DNA of 21,125 nt from Fibrobacterales bacterium (GTDB taxonomy: Bacteria; Fibrobacterota; Fibrobacteria; Fibrobacterales; JAOPTW01), in assembly GCA_051532035.1 (NCBI GenBank), contig JAOPTW010000001.1:1-21125 (forward strand), in the 5' to 3' direction. The translations under genes and the position numbers were made by a program. Every line of letters begins with the position of its first letter. Position 1 is the first letter of the stretch. This document shows positions 7,252 to 15,115 of the stretch, piece by piece. The notes under the pieces are model-generated. The model worked only from the letters and a program-made list of their open reading frames with translations, was not told the origin of the DNA and made no database searches.

Positions 7252-8109
7252 ATGAAAGAGCAGATTATTTGGACTATATTGGTACTTCTTCCCAAAAACC
7301 TGATTAGCCAACTTTTCGGGTGGCTTGCTTACAGAGAATGGCCGTTATTTGCACCAATCTTTAGAGATGTATTTGTAAATATGTATTCTATTGATATGAG
7401 TGAAGCCGAAGCTGAACAGAGTGAATACCCATCCGTTCAAAAGCTTTTTATTCGTCGGTTAAAAAAAGGAGCTCGTCCTATAGGCTCAGATGAGCTCATT
7501 TCTCCTGTTGATGGAAAATTAAGTCAGTATGGGACCATACATCAGCCAGAGCTGGAGCTTATTCAAGCTAAAGGAAAAACCTACTCATTAGAAAAACTTA
7601 TTGGTTCAAAAGAGAGAGCTAACTCTTTCGAAAATGGAATATGGGCAACAATCTACTTGGCGCCTTTTAATTATCACCGTATTCACTCACCGGTAACGGG
7701 CTCTATTGTAGAGACAACCTACATACCGGGTAATTTATGGCCAGTAAATACAATGAGCATCGCTCGTGTTCCTGAACTATTTTGTGTAAATGAACGAGTT
7801 ATCACTACCATTGAAGGTGAAAATGGGGGAACCTGCTTAGTGGTAAAAGTAGGAGCAACAAATGTGGGGCGTATTAGCCTCAGTTATACCGACCTGATTA
7901 TAAGTAATACTATTTCACCTTTAGCACCTCAAAAACCAGTTCAATGGAAGCCGAGCGAACCTATAGCTATAACGAAAGGTGATGAACTCGGTATTTTTGA
8001 GCTTGGGTCTACTGTAGTAATTATTGCGGATAAGATATATGCTGAAAATAATCCAGGACTTTTTGAAGGCACTCATGAAAAGGCTGTACTCATGGGGCAA
8101 AATCTTTGA
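7252..8109 (+). CDS. psd: Phosphatidylserine decarboxylase proenzyme
   Basis: Motifs FIRRLKKGARPI, SPVDG, IQAKG, YLAPFNYHRIHSP, NER, VGATNVGRI and autocleavage motif LGST. RBS AAGGAA at 7241-7246. Confidence 0.95.
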   Translation: MKEQIIWTILVLLPKNLISQLFGWLAYREWPLFAPIFRDVFVNMYSIDMSEAEAEQSEYPSVQKLFIRRLKKGARPIGSDELISPVDGKLSQYGTIHQPELELIQAKGKTYSLEKLIGSKERANSFENGIWATIYLAPFNYHRIHSPVTGSIVETTYIPGNLWPVNTMSIARVPELFCVNERVITTIEGENGGTCLVVKVGATNVGRISLSYTDLIISNTISPLAPQKPVQWKPSEPIAITKGDELGIFELGSTVVIIADKIYAENNPGLFEGTHEKAVLMGQNL

Positions 8110-8900
8110 GTTGGAGCTCAAACAATAGGTTTATTGTAAAAAGGTTACAGGATCTCATCGAAGAGTATCGAACAATACCAAACGCATTAAATTCATTCTT
8201 TGAGACTGACACTTTTAAAAACTATTGTTCGGCTGATCAAGATAAAGCTATAGAGAGACATCGAGCTGAAGTTACTCTACTTGCAGGTTGTTTTAATCAG
8301 GGTATAAAAGAGGTTAGGCTCTTTGCCATTCTCAAATCATTACTGGAAACGTACTCTAATAAACTATTTGCGCTACCCGCTCCAAAACAAAATGTTTTGA
8401 TACAAATTATGCATCAAAACACAAAAGAAATTTACTGGGAAATCAGAGATCAAGCGCCAGGTATCCTTTGGAGTGTCGGTGAGTTGGTGAGAAAACAGAA
8501 TATTGTGGATTTAATTCAAGTAAGTGATTACAACACGGTCATAGAGGCACTGAGTAGTTCTGTGTTTTATATGGGGGCTCATAGTGAACGAAAAACAAAA
8601 GCTAAAAGACTCTATAGCTGGTTAGTTCTCCCATATCCAGTAGGTATTGGTCTGAATACGAGTGTTGATCCTGATAGACTTGAGATTGCTATTAGCGAAA
8701 ATGCACATAGGTTTATGCGTGACTTTGGGCCGCTTAAGGAAAAAACCCGTGCTTTCCCCAATAGTGATGAACGAATGAGATATTATCGTTCTTTTTATTC
8801 TTTTCTTGTTCCTGGATTTCCACAGTTGATGGAACATCTTTTTTATAATTTACATCATACACAGTTTAATCAAATATTTGATGATCCTCATAATGTATAA
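8106..8900 (+). CDS. Hypothetical protein, possibly a divergent DUF2400/TIGR02757 family member
   Basis: 264-aa ORF whose TTG start overlaps the psd TGA. Segment KAKRLYSWLV..GIGL..LEIAISENAHRF loosely follows the DUF2400 pattern. Confidence 0.6.
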   Translation: MSWSSNNRFIVKRLQDLIEEYRTIPNALNSFFETDTFKNYCSADQDKAIERHRAEVTLLAGCFNQGIKEVRLFAILKSLLETYSNKLFALPAPKQNVLIQIMHQNTKEIYWEIRDQAPGILWSVGELVRKQNIVDLIQVSDYNTVIEALSSSVFYMGAHSERKTKAKRLYSWLVLPYPVGIGLNTSVDPDRLEIAISENAHRFMRDFGPLKEKTRAFPNSDERMRYYRSFYSFLVPGFPQLMEHLFYNLHHTQFNQIFDDPHNV

Positions 8901-9705
8901 ATTATTTATTGCTGCCCTATTTACTTCAACGCTCCTTATAGGATGTCAGTCATCACTTCCAAGCTGGATTGATGAAAGTGCTGTACAACGACTTGAATTT
9001 GCCCAATCGACCCCTTTTCAAGTACTGAATGCAACTGGGGCATCTTCTATAGAAGATGCTATAGCATTATCATACTACAAGCATAATGAGGCATTTGAAA
9101 ACTACTATTTTTTAGAAGGTGGGGATACCGCACAACTGAATACCTACCTTTTCTTATCAGAAATTACAGCATTTGGAGCTTTTAAAAGTTTAGGTGGTGC
9201 AACTAAACAAACAGACCTCCATTATTTTTGGTATAAGAATGCTCTATTCGAGTTTATCATTGATTCCCCAGAGAGATTTTTTAAAGAAATAAATGCATTT
9301 AAGCAATTACTCAGTTCAAATAAGTATCCCGCTTCGTTTAATTACTTTCCCCTTCAAAACAGAATTTCTGGGAGTGAAGCAGTGAGTAATAATGGAGTTC
9401 TAGGCCTCCTTACGGGTGAACAGTTTATGTTAATAAACTACAACCTTTCGACAGAAAAAGTAACGTTAGCAAAAAGCGTAAAACCTGTAGATACATCGAA
9501 ATTTGCAAATATATTAGGCAAAAATATTCCATTAGAAGAGCTCAGATATGATGAATTTACCATCTACCTAATAGAGCTCGATGGCACTTCTGTGTGGCTT
9601 TCTCGGGCCGATGAACACCTAATTGCCGTTTTTGGAGGATACGGGCAGAAAAAAAGCCTTAAATTCATCAAAAAAAGCCTAAAAATTCAAAAAATATTGA
9701 ATTAA
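8893..9705 (+). CDS. Lipoprotein (possibly DUF6599-like)
   Basis: ATG 8893 overlaps the end of the upstream gene. Signal MYKLFIAALFTSTLLIG|C with lipobox LIGC. Internal AFGAF and FPLQNRISGSE..LG segments. Confidence 0.72.
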   Translation: MYKLFIAALFTSTLLIGCQSSLPSWIDESAVQRLEFAQSTPFQVLNATGASSIEDAIALSYYKHNEAFENYYFLEGGDTAQLNTYLFLSEITAFGAFKSLGGATKQTDLHYFWYKNALFEFIIDSPERFFKEINAFKQLLSSNKYPASFNYFPLQNRISGSEAVSNNGVLGLLTGEQFMLINYNLSTEKVTLAKSVKPVDTSKFANILGKNIPLEELRYDEFTIYLIELDGTSVWLSRADEHLIAVFGGYGQKKSLKFIKKSLKIQKILN

Positions 9706-9770
9706 TTTTTCAAAAATTGATACTTTTCATTTAAAGGCAACAGCTAAGAAGTTAAACAAAAGGACATAAA

Positions 9771-9938
9771 ATGAGCATTGAAAAACTAGAAGCCGAAATG
9801 GAACAACTTAAGATTGAGATGGAGAAGTTTGATCGAGGAAATAAATCTGCCGGTACTCGTGCAAGAAAAGTACTCCAAAATGTTAAAGCTATCTGTCAAG
9901 AGATGCGTGTTGAGATTCAATCAGCAAAAAATGATTAA
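9771..9938 (+). CDS. Histone H1-like protein, Hc1 family (55 aa; absent from ORF track)
   Basis: MSIEKLEAEMEQLKIEMEKFDRGNKSAGTRARKVLQNVKAICQEMRVEIQSAKND*. Has the GNK.AGTRARK signature, RBS AGGA at 9761-9764 and its own terminator. Confidence 0.9.
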   Translation: MSIEKLEAEMEQLKIEMEKFDRGNKSAGTRARKVLQNVKAICQEMRVEIQSAKND

Positions 9939-9963
9939 TACTATTTAAGCGTTTCGTTCTTTT

Positions 9964-9992
9964 AAAAGCCGGCAATTATGTCGGTTTTTTTT
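9964..9992 (+). terminator. Rho-independent terminator after the Hc1-like gene
   Basis: AAAA-GCCGGCA-ATTA-TGTCGGT-TTTTTTT; stem includes G-U pairs on the + strand. Confidence 0.85.
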
Positions 9993-10147
9993 ATGCCCTC
10001 ATGTCTAACTCCTTCCAAAATATTGAGAAATAGTTCACTGAATTCAGAGACCTTGAGAAGAATGTTTTTCCTAAATCGGTAATTAAGAATATTGTGTGGG
10101 TGTGAGGAGCTGAGAAGCTTAGTTTCGGCTATAGAAGCCCTAGAGGG

Positions 10148-10999
10148 CTAATCTTTTGGGTCGAGTGCATCTCTGAGGCCGTCACCAATAAAATTGAATG
10201 ATAAGAGTGTCAGCGTTAAAACTGAGCCAGGAAAAACAATGAGCCACCAATCGGTGTCCATTTGGCTCGCACCTTCAGAAGCTAAAACTCCCCAAGTACA
10301 CTCTTGTACATTAAGCCCTAAAAAGCTTAAAAATGCCTCTTGAAGGATTACAGCAGGGACAGTCAAGGTTGCATACACAATCACAATACCGATGATATTA
10401 GGAATGATATGTTTAAAAATGATCTTTAATGTAGAAAGGCCAAGAGCTTGGGTCGCTAGTATGTACTCTTCGTGTTTGATGCTCAGTACTTGGCTTCGCA
10501 CTATGCGCGCCGTAGTAAGCCATTGAACAGCCCCGAGGGCCGCAAAAAGTACATAGATGTTTTTGCCATAATTTGCAATGAGGATGATCACTAAAAACAT
10601 ATAGGGGAGTGAATAGAGAAGGTCAACAATTCTCATCATTATTTGGTCAAGTCGACCACCATAATATCCCGACACTGCTCCATATGTTGTTCCAATAACA
10701 ATAGATATAAGAGTAGCAAAAAAACCAATTGCAAGTGAAAGGCGGCCGCCTAAAAAAATACGTGCCCAAAGGTCACGACCAAGTTGATCAGTTCCTGCAA
10801 GATGTTTTAATGAGGGAGCTTGTAGTTGGTGCTCTATATTTTGATGATAGGGGTCTTGTAAAAAGGAAGGGCCTGCAAAGACCATAAAGGCAAGGAGCAC
10901 AAGAAAAAAGAGTGAAATTATAGCGGCTTTGTTAACAACAAGTCTACGGACTGCTTGACGAAAGGGAGTAAGTCTTTGAGGGGAGGAAACGTGGGTCAT
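10148..10999 (-). CDS. oppC: Oligopeptide ABC transporter permease OppC
   Basis: Motifs HLAGTDQLGRD, GGRLSLAIG, ARIVRSQVLSIK.EEYILA..ALG (EAA loop), HIIPN, EAFLSFLGL and GDGLRDALDP. Confidence 0.95.
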   Translation of the reverse strand: MTHVSSPQRLTPFRQAVRRLVVNKAAIISLFFLVLLAFMVFAGPSFLQDPYHQNIEHQLQAPSLKHLAGTDQLGRDLWARIFLGGRLSLAIGFFATLISIVIGTTYGAVSGYYGGRLDQIMMRIVDLLYSLPYMFLVIILIANYGKNIYVLFAALGAVQWLTTARIVRSQVLSIKHEEYILATQALGLSTLKIIFKHIIPNIIGIVIVYATLTVPAVILQEAFLSFLGLNVQECTWGVLASEGASQMDTDWWLIVFPGSVLTLTLLSFNFIGDGLRDALDPKD

Positions 11000-11901
11000 T
11001 CGAACTTAATCCTTGGATCGATTATACTTTGAAGAATATCCACAATAAGGTTCATAAGGAGTAAGAGTATTGAGTAGGTAATGAGTACTCCAAGAGCAAG
11101 CGGATAGTCACGTTGAATAGCACTTTCAACAAAATAACTCCCAAGTCCTGGGATATTATAGACCTTTTCAATAACGAGGGTACCGGTAAGTACCGCTGCA
11201 AGGGATGGGCCTAAATAGTTTACGATAGGTACCATACAGTTTTTTAAAACGTGCCTTAGAGCAACTTCTTTGCGTGTGAGTCCTTTAGCATAAGCTGTTT
11301 TTACATAATCTTTTTTAAGGTTCTCTAATACAGTCCCTCGAGTGATTCGGGCAATGTAGGCTATATACATAGCAGATAGGCTCAAGGTAGGGAGAACTTT
11401 ATCAAAAATGGTGTTCCAGCCTGCTACTCGGAAAATTTCGAAATGAGAGGTAAAAAGCAATTGTAAGAGAGGGCCTAACACAAAATTGGGTATGGCTATA
11501 CCAATCATTGCAAATGCCATCAGGAGATAATCTATTCTTTGATTTTGTCTAAATGCAGCGATAGTTCCAAGAAGTATCCCAAGGATCATTGCGATTCCCA
11601 TGGCATAAAAACCAAGCTCTAAACTTACAGGTAATGCGGAACTTATTATTTCACTGACTTTTCGATCTTCGTGTTTATAGGAATAGCGTAAATCCCCTTG
11701 GAACACCCCTTGAATATATTCGAGGTAGGTAAAGTCATATTTCTCTTTCAGTTCTTTGAGGCGTGCTTCAGAAACCGCTTTTTCTTGGGTATAGGGGTTG
11801 CCTGGCGCATGCTTCACTACTTGATAAGAAACGGTCAGAATAATGATAAAAGTGAGAAGGTTGACAAATAATCTTCTCAGTGTCGATCTAAATAGGTTCA
11901 T
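10996..11901 (-). CDS. oppB: Oligopeptide ABC transporter permease OppB
   Basis: Motifs APGNPY, GDLRYSY, LPVSLELG, DYVKTAYAKGL, HVLKN, IEKVYNIPGLG, RDYP and DPRI. 4-nt overlaps with both neighbours. Confidence 0.95.
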   Translation of the reverse strand: MNLFRSTLRRLFVNLLTFIIILTVSYQVVKHAPGNPYTQEKAVSEARLKELKEKYDFTYLEYIQGVFQGDLRYSYKHEDRKVSEIISSALPVSLELGFYAMGIAMILGILLGTIAAFRQNQRIDYLLMAFAMIGIAIPNFVLGPLLQLLFTSHFEIFRVAGWNTIFDKVLPTLSLSAMYIAYIARITRGTVLENLKKDYVKTAYAKGLTRKEVALRHVLKNCMVPIVNYLGPSLAAVLTGTLVIEKVYNIPGLGSYFVESAIQRDYPLALGVLITYSILLLLMNLIVDILQSIIDPRIKFE

Positions 11902-13463
11902 TTACTCTCTTTGAACGTAATACTTTTATAGTTATAGAGTCCCTGTAGGTTATCTGTAATATTAGTAATTCTTTGAGATCTTAATTCGTTATTTCTATAA
12001 AAATAGATAGGTATGACAGGGAGTTCATCAATGATAATTTCTTCCATTTGCGCAAATAGGCGAGCACGCTGTTCATAATTATCGGTAAGCCCTGATGCAT
12101 AGGCAAGCGAGTCATAGCGTTCGTGTGAAAAGCCTGTGCGATTATTTCCATTGGTAGAAGTAAAGATATCAGTAAAAGTACTAGGGTCCAAGTAATCGCC
12201 AATCCAAGAACCGCGGGCAACAGCGTACTCATACTTATTGAGGGCATCAAGAAAGACCTTCCATTCATAATTTCGGAGGGTAACTTTTATGCCAAGTATA
12301 TCTTCCCACATCTTACCAATTGCTTCTGCAATGGTTTTATGGGATTCTGAGGTGTTGTATAAAATCTCAATTGGTGGAAGTGTATCAGGATCGATTCCTG
12401 ATTCTTTAAGGAGCTGTAGTGCTTTTTCTTGATTAAAAAGTGAAAAATTTTCCTGGTCAAACCAACCAATGCCAGGAGGAATGTAATTGTTGGCTTCTTC
12501 TTCCCCACCCTTTTTAATGTATTCAGTAATAAGAGAGCGATTAATTGAATAACAAAGAGCCTTTCTGAGTTTTTTATTTTTTAGAACTGGGTGGGTGTGG
12601 TTAATACGATAAAAATAGACGCCGTATTGTGGTATTGAAGAGAACTCAGGCTTATCTTTCCAGCGTTCTATCTTAAAAGGAGGGATCGAAAAGGTCCAGT
12701 CGAGTTCACCACTCTTAAACATGGCAGTAGCTGTGTTGACATTCTCAACTGATTTAAAGTGAATTTCTTTAATTGAAACAGATTGTGAATCCCAATAATG
12801 AGGGCTTTTTTTCACGGCAAAATGCTGCTTATACTTTTTCTCAGTTAATACATAGGGGCCATTTGAAACGATTTTTTCAGGTGCTGTCCAATCACGTTCA
12901 TATTTTTCAACAGTCTGTTTATGAACGGGAAAAAATGGTTCAAATGAACAAAGGGATATAAAATAAGGCTGTGGGAAGTCAAGTGAGACAATGAGCGTAC
13001 TATCATTAGGGGCTGAAACTCCTAAACTATCACTGGGGAGCTTACCATTTAATATTAAAGGTGCATTTTTTACTGCCGAAATAAGGGAAGCATACTGTGC
13101 AGCAGTTTTAGGATTGACTAACCGCTTCCAAGAGTAGACAAAATCATGAGCTGTGAGGGGAGTTCCGTTAGACCAGATTGATGGCCGTAAATGAAATACA
13201 TAGGTTGTACCAGAATCGAGTTGTTCCCAGCTGTGGGCAACTCCGGGAGCTACATTACCGCTATCTGCACGTATTACTAATCCTTCAAAGAGCGAGGATA
13301 TTATTCTTAGGCCGGACATTCCTGTACATTTATGGGGATCTATCGTTTGAGGATCAGCCCCGTTGCCAATCTTTAAGATGGATTGATCGATTTGTTTAAA
13401 GTCGCATGAAGCGATACACAATGTAAATATAAAATTTACTAACAATATTTTAGAAGTTAACAT
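11898..13463 (-). CDS. oppA: Oligopeptide ABC transporter substrate-binding lipoprotein OppA
   Basis: Motifs DPQTIDP, LFEGLV, PGVAHSWE, WSNGTPLTAHDFVYSWKRLVNP, VSNGPY and RGSWIGDYLDP. Start re-called at ATG 13463, giving signal MLTSKILLVNFIFTLCIAS|C. Confidence 0.93.
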   Translation of the reverse strand: MLTSKILLVNFIFTLCIASCDFKQIDQSILKIGNGADPQTIDPHKCTGMSGLRIISSLFEGLVIRADSGNVAPGVAHSWEQLDSGTTYVFHLRPSIWSNGTPLTAHDFVYSWKRLVNPKTAAQYASLISAVKNAPLILNGKLPSDSLGVSAPNDSTLIVSLDFPQPYFISLCSFEPFFPVHKQTVEKYERDWTAPEKIVSNGPYVLTEKKYKQHFAVKKSPHYWDSQSVSIKEIHFKSVENVNTATAMFKSGELDWTFSIPPFKIERWKDKPEFSSIPQYGVYFYRINHTHPVLKNKKLRKALCYSINRSLITEYIKKGGEEEANNYIPPGIGWFDQENFSLFNQEKALQLLKESGIDPDTLPPIEILYNTSESHKTIAEAIGKMWEDILGIKVTLRNYEWKVFLDALNKYEYAVARGSWIGDYLDPSTFTDIFTSTNGNNRTGFSHERYDSLAYASGLTDNYEQRARLFAQMEEIIIDELPVIPIYFYRNNELRSQRITNITDNLQGLYNYKSITFKESK

Positions 13464-13536
13464 AAGTTTTATATGGTACTTACGAAAAAGCATAGTTTTC
13501 AGCACTTTAAAAGTCTTGAGGTAATTTAGAAAATGT

Positions 13537-13565
13537 TTGACGTATTACAATTTAGAACATATATT
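13537..13565 (+). promoter_or_regulatory. Sigma70-type promoter of the OmpA/TPR operon
   Basis: TTGACG (13537-13542), exactly 17 bp, then TATATT (13560-13565). GGAG RBS immediately before ATG 13626. Confidence 0.7.
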
Positions 13566-13625
13566 AATCCCAGAAATTAACAAATAAATGGCCAAAATCA
13601 ATTTCAATAAAAGAGAATTCGGAGT

Positions 13626-15110
13626 ATGATAATTAAGACCTCAAACCTTTTAGTGTGTCTGTTTTTGTGCGTTTTTGTGGCACAAGCCAGATACATCCAA
13701 GTTCCCGCTGACTATAAAAAAATAGGCGATGCGCTAGCAAATGCTGATGCTGGTGATACTATCAAAGTCTCGAAAGGGGTGTATGATGAAAATATTACTC
13801 TAATTATGGGAGTTGTTTTGTTGGGTGATAACCCACAAACAACAATAATTGATGGAGGGCGAAGGGGGCCGACGGTCATGGGTACTCCTGGGGCTGAAAT
13901 AGGCTACTTTACAATTCGAAATGGTATAGAAGGTGTATTGTGCGAAAATGCAACGCCATATATTCACCATAATTGGATTATTGATAATCACGCTTCGGGT
14001 ATTGCGGCATTTATATCGCTTCCGAGCATTAAAAATAACGTTATCTACGGGAACAGATGGAGTGGTATCCTCGCGTGGGGTACAAAATCGTTGAGCTCTA
14101 AAATTGAGCACAATGTGGTTATTAAAAATGGGTATTCAGGCATTACGCTCAAAGGGCCGGCCGATGTTCGTATTGAAAATAATATTCTCATTGATAACCA
14201 TTACTATGGAATTTATGCTGACCCTGCGGCTGGGCAAAGTAAGGTTCAATTTAATGATATCGTTGATAACTATTACTCATATAATAAGTTCATTAAAATT
14301 GACCGAACAAATATTCAAACTGATCCGAAATTTATTAATCCGTCACTTTCTAGCCCCAATCTCTTTATTTCAACTCGTTCACCATTGGTGAGACGTGGTA
14401 AAGGCAAAACAAATATTGGCCTTGTTGAACGTGATGTTGTGGTACAGGAAAATGGAGATACCGATGGCGATGGCCTTTTAGATTCTGATGATACCTGTCC
14501 AGATCTTGCAGAAGATATGGATGATTTTGAAGATGAGGATGGGTGCCCTGATACTGATAATGATAAAGATGGTGTTCTTGATGTTAATGATCAATGCTTG
14601 AATGAGCAAGAAGATAAAGATGGCTACGAAGATGAAGATGGCTGTCCTGAAACTGACAATGATGGCGACGGAATTGCTGATGCAAACGACCGTTGTCCAA
14701 ATATGGCTGAGATAGTTAATGAGTTTAAAGACACGGATGGTTGTCCAGATAAAATTCCTTCTGAACCAGCGCAAACGTTTATTCTTGATGGTATAAACTT
14801 TAAGACTGGCTCTGCAGAGATTACTGATGATTCAGAAGCTGGACTCATGGGGGTTTTTGATCAACTTGAGGAGTTTCCTAAAACACGGTTTAAAATTATT
14901 GGGCATACTGATAATAGAGGATCAAAAAAGAAAAATAAACGTCTATCGAAAGATCGTGCAAATTCGGTCAAAAAGTGGCTCGTTAAAATGGGTATTTCAA
15001 GAAGACGTATTAAGTCTTATGGTGCAGGTGAAAGTAAACCTATTGCATCGAATAAGACTGCTGCTGGTCGTGAGAAAAATAGAAGAATTGAATTTGTGAG
15101 AACGAGGTAG
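13626..15110 (+). CDS. Secreted OmpA-family protein: parallel beta-helix (pectin-lyase-like/NosD) + 3 TSP3-like repeats + OmpA C-terminal peptidoglycan-binding domain
   Basis: Signal ending AQA. VPADY..I.DAL..A..GDTI.V..G.Y.E, followed by I.NN.I..N...GI repeats. Acidic DxDxDG..D..DxCP repeats. C-terminal GINFKTGS..IIGHTD..N.RLS..RA.SV..G.GE..PIA.N....GR..NRRIEF. Confidence 0.92.
   Translation: MIIKTSNLLVCLFLCVFVAQARYIQVPADYKKIGDALANADAGDTIKVSKGVYDENITLIMGVVLLGDNPQTTIIDGGRRGPTVMGTPGAEIGYFTIRNGIEGVLCENATPYIHHNWIIDNHASGIAAFISLPSIKNNVIYGNRWSGILAWGTKSLSSKIEHNVVIKNGYSGITLKGPADVRIENNILIDNHYYGIYADPAAGQSKVQFNDIVDNYYSYNKFIKIDRTNIQTDPKFINPSLSSPNLFISTRSPLVRRGKGKTNIGLVERDVVVQENGDTDGDGLLDSDDTCPDLAEDMDDFEDEDGCPDTDNDKDGVLDVNDQCLNEQEDKDGYEDEDGCPETDNDGDGIADANDRCPNMAEIVNEFKDTDGCPDKIPSEPAQTFILDGINFKTGSAEITDDSEAGLMGVFDQLEEFPKTRFKIIGHTDNRGSKKKNKRLSKDRANSVKKWLVKMGISRRRIKSYGAGESKPIASNKTAAGREKNRRIEFVRTR
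14457..14750 (+). repeat. Three in-frame 99-bp (33-aa) thrombospondin type 3-like Ca-binding repeats
   Basis: Units start at 14457, 14556 and 14655: DTDGDGLLDSDDTCP..EDEDGCPDT / DNDKDGVLDVNDQCL..EDEDGCPET / DNDGDGIADANDRCP..KDTDGCPD. Confidence 0.9.
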
Positions 15111-15115
15111 GTGAA

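Noticed and set aside
10109..10149. Small hairpins after oppC (e.g. AGCCC-TAGA-GGGCT) as a terminator
   Set aside because: The stems are short, one overlaps the stop codon, and there is no convincing U-tract.
14457..14750. Periodic repeats as a CRISPR array or non-coding repeat
   Set aside because: They are in-frame, degenerate 33-aa protein repeats, and there are no cas genes.
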